From Candidatus Eiseniibacteriota bacterium (GTDB lineage: Bacteria > Eisenbacteria > RBG-16-71-46), in assembly GCA_036507005.1 (NCBI GenBank), contig DASXQT010000010.1:285-64284 (forward strand): a DNA stretch of 64,000 nucleotides. The letters run 5' to 3'. A program made the position numbers and the translations under genes. This document shows positions 9,890-19,971 of this stretch, one piece after another. The stretch's first letter is position 1. Each line of letters opens with the position of its first letter. The notes below the pieces were generated by a model. The model was not told where the DNA came from and searched no databases. It was given only the letters and a program-made list of their open reading frames with translations.

Positions 9890-10258
9890 GGAACCGACCT
9901 CGGGCCAGGGCGAACGCAGGGGCGTCGCCAGCGTAGCAGGTTCCCGGCGCCGACGGCAGGCGAAGTGCGCCGAAGGTCCCCGCCGGCAGAGCGGATCACC
10001 GCCCGGGACCGTCGCGCTCGAGGTTGCCGGCGCTAAACCCGGTCCGAGGCGCCACAGGCCCCCGTTCAAGGCCACTTTCGGCTTGAATCGGGGCGCGTGA
10101 TCTGACATATTCCTGTGGTCGATTCCCAGGCGGGATCCCCCCCGTCTCTCCGCGAATCAGTGGTCGCCAGCCTCCGCGAAGGCGCGGCCGCTCCGCAGAG
10201 AGATGCCTGCCCGACGCATCTCAGGCCACGTCACCCAGAATGGATCGGGAGGTACCTC

Positions 10259-11185
10259 ATGGTGCGAAATCGGATACTCGGCAACGTTCTCGCCTGTGCA
10301 CTGCTCACCACGATCGCAGGCGTTGCTTTCGCGCAGGGCCAGTACGACGCTCCGTCGCTCACGCTCGTCGACCGCGGGTATTACCGACTCACCTTCAGCG
10401 TGACCGCGGGCCCGAGCGGCGCCCCCAACGGCTACGCGATCCAGTGGATGAAGAGGGCCAACTACGAGCTCTACGGCGGCTGGCCTGCGGACGGCAGCAA
10501 CGTCGTGTACTGCGACTTCGTCGGCGCGCCCACGCTCAACCTCTGGGCCGGATCCCCGCTCCTCGGTCCCAACGAGACCGCCTCCTTCCAGGCCGGCGAC
10601 CTCTTCGATGAGACCAACATCGAGGGGTACTCGAACGACACCTACCTGAGCTTCACCGACGAGCTCGCGCACCACACCGACTACGTTTTCCGCGCGTACG
10701 CGCGGGGCGACGCGAACAACGATGCGAGCGCCTTCTCGTCCACGGTCTTCGCGAGCACCCTGCTCGCCGAGTGCACCCAGGGCTTCTGGAAGAACCATCC
10801 GGAGCTCTGGCCGCCGGGCTGCACGCCCATGCTCCTCGGCACGGTGTCCTACACCCAGGCCGAGCTGCTCAAGATCTACAGCACGCCGGCGAACGGCAAC
10901 GGCCTGATCTCGCTCGCGCATCAGCTCATCACGGCCAAGCTCAATCTCTGCAACGGCTCCACGTATCCTGCGGAGGTCCAGCAGGCGGTCAACGACGCCG
11001 ACGCGCTGATCGACGGCCAGGTGGTGCCGACGGTGGGCAGCGGCTTCCTGGCTCCGAGCCAGACCAGCGATCTCACCGAGACGCTGGACGACTACAACAA
11101 CGGTCTCCTCGGCGGCGTGGCGAACTGCCCGACCTCGGTGAAGAACAACACCACCTGGGGCCGGCTGAAGGCGCTCTACCGCTAA
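10259..11185 (+). CDS. secreted hypothetical protein with C-terminal WGRLKALYR motif
   Basis: ATG at 10259 is preceded by GGGAGG. The signal peptide MVRNRILGNVLACALLTTIAGVAFAQG is followed by 6 Cys. The extreme C-terminus is CPTSVKNNTTWGRLKALYR. Confidence 0.7.
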   Translation: MVRNRILGNVLACALLTTIAGVAFAQGQYDAPSLTLVDRGYYRLTFSVTAGPSGAPNGYAIQWMKRANYELYGGWPADGSNVVYCDFVGAPTLNLWAGSPLLGPNETASFQAGDLFDETNIEGYSNDTYLSFTDELAHHTDYVFRAYARGDANNDASAFSSTVFASTLLAECTQGFWKNHPELWPPGCTPMLLGTVSYTQAELLKIYSTPANGNGLISLAHQLITAKLNLCNGSTYPAEVQQAVNDADALIDGQVVPTVGSGFLAPSQTSDLTETLDDYNNGLLGGVANCPTSVKNNTTWGRLKALYR

Positions 11186-11202
11186 GATCGGCTTTCGACG
11201 GC

Positions 11203-11237
11203 AACGGGCGGGGTCTCCTTGACCCCGCCCGTTTTGC
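11203..11237 (+). terminator. intrinsic terminator hairpin
   Basis: AACGGGCGGGG-tctccttga-CCCCGCCCGTT followed by TTTGCTGG, 18 nt after the stop at 11185. Confidence 0.7.
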
Positions 11238-11562
11238 TGGGTGCGCCCGCGACACCTGAACGCGACGATCGCGACCCGGGCTGCCTCCGGAAGCGGGGCC
11301 CTTCGGCGCGGCGCCCCCGGTCCCGACTGCGCGGATCGCGTGTCGGCCTGCGGATTGGGCTTGAGCGTGGAATCCGCCTCCTGTAGACTTCTGGACCTGC
11401 GGCGACCTGCCCTCACCCCCTCAGGGCGATCTTCCCGGGCGCGGAGCCCGGATGACGTTGCGCCGGAAGATGGTCGGACCCAGCTTGCGAAGTCGACATC
11501 GGTGCCTGCCCTGCGCGTCCACACCCCCACGGACGACCCGGGCGCAGTGAGGAGCCCTCGCT

Positions 11563-12171
11563 ATGCGCCTGACTACCCGCCTCGCCGTTGTGTCCCTTCT
11601 CCTGCTCGTCGCCGCGCCAGTTGCACGCGCCACTCCGCCGAATCCGTCCCACGGCAGCGCCAACGTGGACGGGCTCTACGGGGAGTGGGACCTGGTCAAC
11701 GACTTCTTCTCGCTCATGTACCGCGCCGGAAACCCGACCAAGCCGGTCGAGTCCAAGGCGTACCTGCGGTACGACTGCACCACGCAGACCATGTACGTGC
11801 TGGTCCTGATGGAGCCCGGCCACATCGGCTACATCGACCCGCTCCTGCAGACCGCGTGGGTCGCCATCAACACGCAGAACAACAAGGTCGTGACCGAGAA
11901 CTCGGGCGACGACGGGATCCCTCCCGACTTCCAGTGGGTGGGCCAGGGCTTCGACAGCGATCCGCAGCACGTGCAAGGCTACGAGGCCTCGTTCCCGATC
12001 GCTCCCGGGAGCTACAACATCATCTTCCACATCGACGTCATCGATGCGAGCGGCGCGCAGACGTCGGCCTCGCCTGGCTTCCCGGGCACCGGCCCGGCGG
12101 TGATCATCGACTGCAGCCCGACTCCCACGGAGCACCGGAGCTGGGGAACCCTGAAGCTGATCTATCGCTGA
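11563..12171 (+). CDS. secreted hypothetical protein with C-terminal WGTLKLIYR motif
   Basis: Signal peptide MRLTTRLAVVSLLLLVAAPVARA. The extreme C-terminus is CSPTPTEHRSWGTLKLIYR, a paralogous tail to the upstream gene. Confidence 0.7.
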   Translation: MRLTTRLAVVSLLLLVAAPVARATPPNPSHGSANVDGLYGEWDLVNDFFSLMYRAGNPTKPVESKAYLRYDCTTQTMYVLVLMEPGHIGYIDPLLQTAWVAINTQNNKVVTENSGDDGIPPDFQWVGQGFDSDPQHVQGYEASFPIAPGSYNIIFHIDVIDASGAQTSASPGFPGTGPAVIIDCSPTPTEHRSWGTLKLIYR

Positions 12172-12190
12172 GCGCGACCTCACACACGGC

Positions 12191-12230
12191 GACCACCCTC
12201 CGTCCCGGCGGGTGGTCGTCGTGTTTCGGG
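12191..12230. terminator. hairpin between convergent genes (bidirectional terminator candidate)
   Basis: GACCACCC-tccgtcccggc-GGGTGGTC then GTCGTGTTTCGGG. It lies between the + gene ending at 12171 and the - gene ending at 12292. Confidence 0.5.
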
Positions 12231-12291
12231 TCGGCCGCCGGAGAGGTGCGCTGTGCGGCGCCCGCGCGGGAAGCCCGCGGTGCCGCGCGGA

Positions 12292-13701
12292 TCAGGCCGG
12301 CTCGGCCAGGCCCGCGCCGTCGCCGCTGCGCTCGGCGGGGGCCGAGCGCTCCACCACCTCGATGCGGTCGGAGTCCGGCGACTTCCACCACCAGCGCCAG
12401 CGCGCCGGGATCGCGCCCGCGGCGGCGTGATTCCACTGCAGCTGCGGCACGTCGCCCGCAAGGGCATCGCCGAAGTCCGCATCCACCGCCTCGGCCGCCC
12501 CCCACGCCCCGTCCATCGTGGCCGCCACGTCCGGCCGGCGCGCCGCGGCCAGATGGCGCTCGAGGTTGCGTGAGAGCCAGCCCACCATCCGGGGCCTGAG
12601 ATCGGCGAGCACGTTGAAGCAGTCGTGCGCGCCGCGGGGGTAGAACACCAGCTCGCGCTCGCAGCGCGCGCCCTCGAAGATGCGCCACGCCTCGCTGCCC
12701 GGCGTGATGAGGTCGTGGCCGCCGCCCGCCAGCATCAGCGGACAGCGCAGGTCGTCGAGCACGCCCGCCAGCGTGATCTTTTCGATGGACGCGCCCATCT
12801 CGGCCTCGGTGATCTCGTAGAGCGAGGCCAGCTCGCGGCGCATGCTGGCGAGGGTGACGTTCCAGTAGATGTCGGCGGAGAAGGGCGGGCTCACGGCCGC
12901 CACCGCCTTGATCCGGTGCTCGTGGGCCGCCATCCGGATCGCGAGGTAGCCGCCGAGGCTCATGCCCATGAAGGCGACCGCCCCCGGATCGAGCTCGGGG
13001 CGGGTCTCGATCTGGTTCAGGATCGCGACCCCCACCGGGCGCGGCTCCGCCACCATGGACATGCGGTGGAACGTCTGGCCCAGTCCCGGCCCGTCGAAGG
13101 TGATGGTGGCGATGCCGCGCTCGAGCATGGCCTCGGACCACCAGTGCATCTCCTCCTTCACCGCGTTGGTGCCGTTGAACAGCACCGCGACCGGCGCCGG
13201 CCGCCGGCCGGGAGGAACCCGCAGCATGCCCTTCATCGGGCGGCGCCGGAACTCGACCTCGAACGGCACCGCCGGGGGCTGGAACAGCGGCGCCGCGAGC
13301 CGGTAGGCGCGCACGCACTCCTCGTGGAGCACGCGCTTGCGCTCGATGTCGAGGAAGATGACGTACTGGGCGAAGTTGTAGGCCGCGGAGGCGGCGAGGA
13401 ACCGGCGTCCGGCGTCCTCGCGGCGCCCGAGCGCGAGCGCGTCCCGCCCGGCCTGCTCGTGCGCGCGCCCCAAGCTCTCCCATTCGTCCGCCCACGACGT
13501 GAGCCCCGAGATCCGGCCCAGGATCCTCTCGAGGTCCGCGGGCGAGACCCCCGCGTTCGTGAACTGGAGCTTCGCCCAGGCCGGCATCTGCTGGGCGAAC
13601 CCCATCTTGAGGCTGATGCTCACGAAGCCGGGCCGCAGGAGCTGGCCGCGCAGCAGGTGCGGAGCCAGGAACTCGAGCCGGCCGCCTTTGACCTTCATCA
13701 T
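12292..13701 (-). CDS. alpha/beta hydrolase (FrsA/esterase-like)
   Basis: Start at ATG 13701 (MMKVKGG). GMSLGGYLA is a G-x-S-x-G nucleophile elbow and the ...GGGHD... region follows. The 632-aa six-frame ORF upstream lacks homology and is rejected as an extension. Confidence 0.8.
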   Translation of the reverse strand: MMKVKGGRLEFLAPHLLRGQLLRPGFVSISLKMGFAQQMPAWAKLQFTNAGVSPADLERILGRISGLTSWADEWESLGRAHEQAGRDALALGRREDAGRRFLAASAAYNFAQYVIFLDIERKRVLHEECVRAYRLAAPLFQPPAVPFEVEFRRRPMKGMLRVPPGRRPAPVAVLFNGTNAVKEEMHWWSEAMLERGIATITFDGPGLGQTFHRMSMVAEPRPVGVAILNQIETRPELDPGAVAFMGMSLGGYLAIRMAAHEHRIKAVAAVSPPFSADIYWNVTLASMRRELASLYEITEAEMGASIEKITLAGVLDDLRCPLMLAGGGHDLITPGSEAWRIFEGARCERELVFYPRGAHDCFNVLADLRPRMVGWLSRNLERHLAAARRPDVAATMDGAWGAAEAVDADFGDALAGDVPQLQWNHAAAGAIPARWRWWWKSPDSDRIEVVERSAPAERSGDGAGLAEPA

Positions 13702-14035
13702 GCGATCCCCGTCGGGCGCCAAGTGCGGCAGCCGCGCTCGGAAGAAGACGAGCCCCGGCGCGCGCCTGCAGACCAGAGTTGCGCCTCCACGCCCCTCGTC
13801 CCTTTGGAGTGCACTTCGCATGCCAAGGTTTCGAACGGATTTTGCCGCGCTCCTCTCCGCTTGGATCCGCCGGCCGCCCGTGCGGCCGTGCGGAAATGCA
13901 GGTCGCAACGCTTCCCTGCAGTGAACGGCCCGGGGCGGTGGCCGGCCGCGGGCGTGCGGCCGAGAGCCGCCATGGGGGAACCCACCCCGTTGCGCGGGTC
14001 CGCGGCCGCAGGCAGGCGCCGGCTCGGCGCGCGGC

Positions 14036-14971
14036 TCAGCCGCCGTGCCGCACCATCCGGCGGTACGCGTCGCGCAGCCTGAGCCCGATCTCCCGGCCGC
14101 GGACCGCGCGGTCCTCCACGGCCGCGACCGGGACCACCTCCTGCACCGAGTTGGTGAGGAACATCTCGTCGGCCTGCTCGAGATCGGCACGCGGGATTGC
14201 CGCCTCGCGCGCCGCGAGGCCGAGAGAGCCGCAGGCCGAAAGCACCCAGGCGCGCACGATGCCGGGCAGGATCCCGCGCGCGAGCGGAGGCGTGCGGACC
14301 TCGCCGCCCGCCACCACGAACAGGTTGCTCACGGCGCCCTCCAGCACCTCCCCGTCCGCGCCCACGAGCAGCGCCTCGTCCGCGCCCATCGCCCGTGCCT
14401 CCTCGCGCGCGAGCGAGTACGCGAGCCGGCTCGTGGTCTTGTGGCGGCCGAGCGGGCCGGGGTGGAACGGGCGCTTCGAGAAGACCACGCGCGCCCCGTC
14501 GCCCCGGGCGCCCTTCCAGAGGCGCGCCCCTTCCGGCTCCACCTCGATCCAGGCACCGCAGCGCGTGGGGCGTCCGCCCGGCACGCCGCGGGTCACGGTG
14601 ATGCGCGTGACCGCGTCCGCGAGCCCCTCGGCCTCGAGCAGCGCGGCGAGCGCGTCGCGCAGCCGCCCGGGCGCGGGCGGAACGGGAAAGCCCAGCTCCG
14701 CGGCCGAGACCACCAGGCGCTCCATGTGGCGCTCCCAGTGGAGCGGCTGGCCTCCGTAGACGCGCAGGGTCTCGAACAGGCCCTCGCCGTCGCGCGCCCC
14801 GCGGTCGAAGAGCGAGAGCGCAGCATCGTCGCCGCGGCAGATGCGCCCGTCGATCCACAGCGCGCGGGCGTGCCCCCGCGGGGGCGCCGGCTCCGGGAGC
14901 GCCGCCCCGCCGCGCCCGCTCAGCTCCGCCATCCCTGGCTCCGCTTCGCTCCTCGCGACGCGCTCCGCCAT
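14036..14971 (-). CDS. pabC: aminodeoxychorismate lyase / class IV aminotransferase (PabC-like)
   Basis: LWIDGRI...EGLFETLRVYGG...FSKRPF..GRHKTTSRL..EALLVGADGEVLEGAVSNLFVV is the class-IV PLP fold. It lies directly downstream of pabB. The start was chosen at the internal ATG 14971 (MAERVARSEAEPGMAEL), after the pabB stop. Confidence 0.75.
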   Translation of the reverse strand: MAERVARSEAEPGMAELSGRGGAALPEPAPPRGHARALWIDGRICRGDDAALSLFDRGARDGEGLFETLRVYGGQPLHWERHMERLVVSAAELGFPVPPAPGRLRDALAALLEAEGLADAVTRITVTRGVPGGRPTRCGAWIEVEPEGARLWKGARGDGARVVFSKRPFHPGPLGRHKTTSRLAYSLAREEARAMGADEALLVGADGEVLEGAVSNLFVVAGGEVRTPPLARGILPGIVRAWVLSACGSLGLAAREAAIPRADLEQADEMFLTNSVQEVVPVAAVEDRAVRGREIGLRLRDAYRRMVRHGG

Positions 14972-15056
14972 CGTGCCTCTCGCGCGTCGCGAGAGCGCGG
15001 CGGGGCGGCGCTCCCGGAGCCGGCGCGAGCGTGGCACGGGTCGCCGCGCCCGGCGC

Positions 15057-16535
15057 TCATCGCGCGTGGACGGCGCCTGGTTCGAGCACCACGGGGCCGA
15101 GGAGATCCCCGAGCGCGAGCCGCACGCCCTCCGCCTTGTGCAGCGTCTCCAGGAATTCGGCCTCGGGGTCCGAGTCGGCGGTGATCGCCCCGCCGGCGGC
15201 GAAGTGGAACGCGCCCGGCGTGACCAGGGCGGTGCGGATCGCGATGTTCCAGTCGGCGTCACCGCGCCAGTCGAGGTAGCCGAGGCTCCCGGTATAGATG
15301 TGCCGCCTCACCGGCTCGAGCGCGTCCAGGATCTCCATCGCCCGGATCTTGGGGGCCCCAGTAATGGATCCGCCCGGGAACGCGGCGTTGAAGAGGTCGA
15401 TGGCGTCGAGCCCGGGCCGCAGCGTCCCGATCACGGTCGAGGTGAGGTGGTGGACCTGGGCGAAGGTCTCGAGCTCGCACAGGGACGAGGTCTCGACCGA
15501 CCCCGTCTCGCACACCCGGCCGAGGTCGTTGCGGAGCACGTCCACGATCATCACGTTCTCCGCCCGATCCTTCTCGCTCGCCAGCAGCTCGTCCATTCGC
15601 GCGCGGTCCTCGGCGGGGTCCGCGCCGCGCGGGCGCGTGCCCTTGATGGGCCGGGTCGTCACGGTGCGGCCGCGCACGGTGAGGAAGCTCTCCGGGCTCG
15701 CGCACGCGATCGCGTGGTCGCCGGCGTCGAAGCAGCCCGCGAACGGCGCAGGCGAGCGGCGCGCGAGCGCTTCGTGGAGCGCAAAGGCGATCGCGCCGGG
15801 CGATTCGGGCGCCACGCCGGCGCGGCCGCCCGCGCCCGGCCGCGCGGGCGCCACGGTCCAGCGCTGCGACAGGTTGGCCTGGAAGATGTCGCCGCGCCGG
15901 ATGTGCTCCTTCACGCCTTCGACCGCGCGCAGGTAGCCGTCGGGGGAGAAGGTCGAGACCGCGTGCGTTGCCACCCCCGGCTCCACGGTCCGCGGGGAGG
16001 CGCGCACGGGGCGCGCGAGCAGGCGCGCGACCTCGTCGAGCCGGGCCTCGGCGCGCGCGCGCCCCGCCTCGCCGTCGAGCGGCAGCCCGCTCGAATACAG
16101 CGTGGCGCGACCTGCGACGTGGTCGAACGCGCCCACCACGTCGTAGAGCCCGAGCACGAAGTCCGGCAGCCCGAGGTCGTCCCGCGCGACCGAAGGGATG
16201 CGCTCGAGCCGGCGCCCGAAGTCGTAGGACCAGTAGCCCACCATGCCGCCGGTGAAGGGCGGCGCCGCGGCCTTCGCCGCTCCGCGCCGCACCCGGCGCG
16301 CGATCCGGCGCCACTCGGCCGCCGCCTCCTGGTAGCGCTCGCCGCGAAACACCGCGAACGGATCCGCGCCGAAGAACGACCAGCGCCCGCGGGCGTCCTC
16401 GATCGCGGAGTGGAGCAGGAAAGCGTGGGGCAGGCCGGCGAGCGCGCGCAGCGCCTGGAGCGGATCGGCGGTGTCGACCGGGCGCTCGATCGGCGGGTCG
16501 GGGGGGATGGGCATGGGAAAAGGGTAGGAGCGCAT
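15057..16535 (-). CDS. pabB: aminodeoxychorismate synthase component I (anthranilate synthase component I family)
   Basis: Chorismate-binding signature FPGGSITGAPKIRAMEILDALE..RRHIYTGSLGYL. The N-terminal domain is typical of TrpE/PabB. Confidence 0.85.
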   Translation of the reverse strand: MRSYPFPMPIPPDPPIERPVDTADPLQALRALAGLPHAFLLHSAIEDARGRWSFFGADPFAVFRGERYQEAAAEWRRIARRVRRGAAKAAAPPFTGGMVGYWSYDFGRRLERIPSVARDDLGLPDFVLGLYDVVGAFDHVAGRATLYSSGLPLDGEAGRARAEARLDEVARLLARPVRASPRTVEPGVATHAVSTFSPDGYLRAVEGVKEHIRRGDIFQANLSQRWTVAPARPGAGGRAGVAPESPGAIAFALHEALARRSPAPFAGCFDAGDHAIACASPESFLTVRGRTVTTRPIKGTRPRGADPAEDRARMDELLASEKDRAENVMIVDVLRNDLGRVCETGSVETSSLCELETFAQVHHLTSTVIGTLRPGLDAIDLFNAAFPGGSITGAPKIRAMEILDALEPVRRHIYTGSLGYLDWRGDADWNIAIRTALVTPGAFHFAAGGAITADSDPEAEFLETLHKAEGVRLALGDLLGPVVLEPGAVHAR

Positions 16536-16859
16536 CCGGGCAGGGTCAATCGCGAAGGCGCGGGGAGGCGCGAGCCGCAGCCTGGTCCGGGTTTCCCCCG
16601 TGGGGCGTTTGAGGGATTCGCCTGATTGCCCGGGGCCCGCCCCCTCCTGAATATCGGGTCCCGTGTGGTCAGGCCGCGCCCATCCCGGAGGCGTGACCCT
16701 CGCGGCTCACGTCGCCCGGAGGGTGACTCCTCGGACCCAGGGAGAATCCAAGGCGCGTGGTGTCGACCATGGGTACCCTGGGCGCGGCATCGCGACCCCA
16801 CCCGCTCCGGGTGGCGCGCGGTTCACGCCGCCCGACCGGGCTCCCGCTCGGGGCGGGCA

Positions 16860-18438
16860 CGGCGGCTCCTCGCCGGGGACCGAGCCATCGCGGCCTATCT
16901 CTCGGCGAGCCTCCTCGCCTGGTCGGGCACGCCGGCGCCCGCCGCGACGTTCTACGTCGACCGGTCCAGCGTGAGCTGCTCCAACTCCGGCACCGGCACC
17001 GAGGCGCAGCCCTATTGCACGATCTCGGCCGCGCTCTCGGCCCGCGCCGGTCCGGGCAACACGATCGTCGTCAAGACCGGCATCTACCCGGAGCAGGTTT
17101 CCGTTCCCGCCTCCGGAGCTTCGGGCAGCCCGCTGATCGTCCAGGCCCAGGGCAGAGTGCTGGTGGATGGCGCCGCCGACTTCACCTCCGCCGGCCAGTG
17201 GGTGCATGACGGGCCCGGCTTCGACGGCCGGATTCGGCATCGGAGACAGCCCGAACTGGATCGCCGGCACCGCCCCCGGCGCCGCCTACCGCTTCAGCGC
17301 CTGGGTGCGCTCGGACAGCTCGCAGGGAGTCGCGAAGATCAAGGTCCGCGAGTACGTGGGCGGGAACCGTGTGGGCGAGATCGATTCGCCCGGGGCGACG
17401 CTCACGCCCGCCTGGCAACGGCTCGAGGTGGACTACGACGCGATCGAGAGCGGATCCACCATCGACATGACCGTGAAGGATGCGCCGCTCCAGCCGTCGG
17501 AGTCCTTCGACATCGACGATGTCTCGATCTGCGAGATCTCAGGCCCCTCTTCCCCCGGGGTCCACGCGGCGCTCGCCGTGATCCCCGCGAGCGTGCGCGT
17601 CACCGACGACCGGGGCGCCGTCGATTCGGCATCGGTCGCGGTCACCGTGGCCGGGTCCTGCGAAGCGAACCTGGTCCACAACCCGTCGTTCGAGACCGAC
17701 ACCTTGGGCTGGAAGGGCGTCGGCTGCACTCTCGCGATCGTCCCGGGCGGCCGGGCCGGCTCCTTCTCGTGCCGGATGACGAGCCCGGACTCGACCGCCG
17801 GCTTCGGGCTCGAGGACAGCCCCAACGTGGTGGGCGGCGCCCTCCACGGCGCGGTCTATCGCTTCCGCGCCTGGGTTCGTTCGGACGCCGCCCACGGGCC
17901 CGCCGAGATCAAGGTGCGCGAGTACCTGAACGACGTCCGGGTCGGAGAGAGGAGCTCGCCGCCGGTGACGCTCTCGCCCGGCTGGCAGCTGCTCGCGGTG
18001 GATTACGTCGCGGTGGAGGACGGATCCACGATCGACCTGACGGTGAAGGAGACGCCGCTCGGCCCGTCGGAATCGTTCGACGTGGACGACATCGAGGTGT
18101 GCGTCCTCTACGGCACCACGGACGTGAGCGGGGAGTACGACCCCGGGAGCGAGCCGCCGGGTGTGATCCGCGCGCAGGTGGCGCCCAACCCGCTCGTCCG
18201 CCGGGGCATCCTGCGCTTCTCCACCGGCCGCCCCGGCCCCCTCCACGTCGCGATCTACGATGCCGCCGGGAGCCGGGTGCGAAGGCTGCTGGACGCCCCG
18301 GACGCGCCCGCCGGCCCCCACGTGCTCTCGCTCGACGACCGCGACGACGACGGCGCACCCCTGACCTCGGGCATCTATTTCTATCGCATCCGTTCCGCCG
18401 CGGGCTCCGACCACGGGCGCTTCCTGATCCTGAGGTGA
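16860..18438 (+). pseudogene. secreted beta-helix + 2x CBM4_9 protein with T9SS-type C-terminal domain; frameshifted near 17190-17200
   Basis: Frame 0 (16860-17200) encodes ATFYVDRSS..NTIVVKTGIYPEQV, a right-handed beta-helix N-terminus. From ~17195 frame +1 encodes two CBM4_9-like repeats (STAGFGIGDSPNW..YRFSAWVRSD..FDIDDVSI, then again STAGFGLEDSPNV..YRFRAWVRSD..FDVDDIEV). It ends in a Por-secretion-type CTD (PNPLVRRGILRF...IYDAAGSRV..SGIYFYRI..GRFLILR). Copy 2 reads uninterrupted across the point where copy 1 switches frame. No clean start or signal peptide is visible upstream. Confidence 0.5.
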
Positions 18439-18648
18439 CCGCCCGCCGCGCGGCGGCGTTTCGGGGCGCGGGCGAGCACGGCCGCGCGAGCGCAGCCGGG
18501 CGAGCACACCCTTGACACCTCCGGCGCGGGATGCCACGGTCGGCCCGAGCATCATGGAGCCGCGCCGAGTGCCCCCCGCACGGATGACGGCGCGCGCGCG
18601 CAGGGAGGCGCACGCCTGAGCACGTTCCTGATCCATTCCGGCACCCTG

Positions 18649-19971
18649 GTGTGCATGGACGCCGCGGGCACCGTCGCGCGCGGCGACCTGCTCACGCGCG
18701 ACGGCGTCATCCAGGCACTGGGCGAGGTGGTGGCCCCCGCCGTCGCGGCGCTGCCCCGCGGCCGCGCCGACGAGAGCTACGACGCGGGCGGCGCCTTCGT
18801 CCTGCCCGGGCTCGTCCACGGACACTTGCATCTGTGTCAGACCCTGTTCCGCGGCCTGGCCGAGCAGAGCGACCTGCTGCGCTGGCTGCGCGAGAGCATC
18901 TGGCCGCTCGAGGCCGCGCACACCGAGTCCTCGATCGCCGCCTCGGCGCGCCTCGGGCTCGCGGAGCTGATCGCGGGCGGCGTGACGAGCGTGAACGACA
19001 TGGGCACCGTGCGCCACACCGAGGCGATCGGCGCGGTGCTCGAAGAGAGCGGCGTGCGCGCGGTCTTCGGGCCGGCGCTCATGGACCAGGGCGCCGGCGT
19101 CCCGCCCGGGCTGCTCGCGAGCCGGCGCGACGCGCTCGAGGGCGCGCTCGCGCTGGCCCGGCGCTTCCACGGTGGGGCGGGGGGCAGGCTCTCGGTCTCG
19201 CTCGCGCCCCGCTTCATCCTGTCGTGCAGCGAGGGCTTGTGGCGCGACGTCGCCGAGGCCTCGCGCGAGCGCGGGCTCATGGTGCACACCCACCTGGCCG
19301 AGAGCCCGGCCGAGGGCCGCGAGGTCGAGGCGGCGGTGGGCGCCAGCGCGGCGCGCTACTTCGCCGCCCACGACGTGCTGGGGGTGCGCTTCGTGGGCGC
19401 CCACGGCGTGTGGCTCGAGGGCGACGAGCTCGCGCGGCTCGCGCGCGCGGGCGCGGCGCTGGTCCACTGCCCGGGCTCGAACCTGAAGCTCGGCTCGGGA
19501 TTCGCGCACGTGCGCCGCTGGAGGGACGCCGGCCTCCGCTGCGGGATCGGCTCCGACGGCGCGGCCTGCAACAACCGGCTCGACACCTTTCACGAGATGA
19601 GCCTCGCGGCCGGGATCGCGCGCGCGCTCCAGCCCGACGACCCGCTCTCGAGCCGCGAGATCCTGGCGCTCGCGACCTCCGACGGCGCGCGCGCGATCGG
19701 GCTCGGCGATGCGACCGGGTCGCTCGAGCCCGGCAAGCAGGCGGACGTGATCGTGGTGGGCGCCGCGGCGCTCCACCACGAGCCGAGCGCTGCGGCCGAC
19801 CCCTGCGCCACGCTGGTGCACGCGAGCCGCGCGGGCGACGTGCGGCTCACCATGGCCGCGGGCCGCGTGCTCTACCGCGACGGCGCCTTCACCACGCTCG
19901 ATCCCGCGCGGGTCGCCGCCGATGCGCGCGCCGAGGTGCGCGGCCTGCTCTCCCGCGCCGGGCTCCGATGA
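18649..19971 (+). CDS. amidohydrolase (MtaD/guanine-deaminase/SsnA-like metal-dependent deaminase)
   Basis: The HGHLHLCQT metal-binding HxH, HTHLAES, and CPGSNLKLGSG..IGSDGAACNN(R) are hallmarks of the amidohydrolase/chlorohydrolase family. Start is GTG at 18649 and the N-terminus is uncertain. Confidence 0.8.
   Translation: MCMDAAGTVARGDLLTRDGVIQALGEVVAPAVAALPRGRADESYDAGGAFVLPGLVHGHLHLCQTLFRGLAEQSDLLRWLRESIWPLEAAHTESSIAASARLGLAELIAGGVTSVNDMGTVRHTEAIGAVLEESGVRAVFGPALMDQGAGVPPGLLASRRDALEGALALARRFHGGAGGRLSVSLAPRFILSCSEGLWRDVAEASRERGLMVHTHLAESPAEGREVEAAVGASAARYFAAHDVLGVRFVGAHGVWLEGDELARLARAGAALVHCPGSNLKLGSGFAHVRRWRDAGLRCGIGSDGAACNNRLDTFHEMSLAAGIARALQPDDPLSSREILALATSDGARAIGLGDATGSLEPGKQADVIVVGAAALHHEPSAAADPCATLVHASRAGDVRLTMAAGRVLYRDGAFTTLDPARVAADARAEVRGLLSRAGLR

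Noticed and set aside
16626-16860. ATG at 16626 as the start of the beta-helix/CBM protein
   Set aside because: It would add ~80 aa of Arg/Pro-rich sequence with no signal peptide to a protein that must be secreted (it has a CTD). The start is more likely lost through a second lesion or an unidentified start, so the gene is annotated only from the homologous region.
17539-19821. 760-aa minus-strand ORF, and the 845-aa ORF at 18651..21188
   Set aside because: The first is antisense to the amidohydrolase genes and has low-complexity RG-rich translation. The second is a six-frame fusion of the two real amidohydrolase genes, which meet at an ATGA overlap and are annotated separately.
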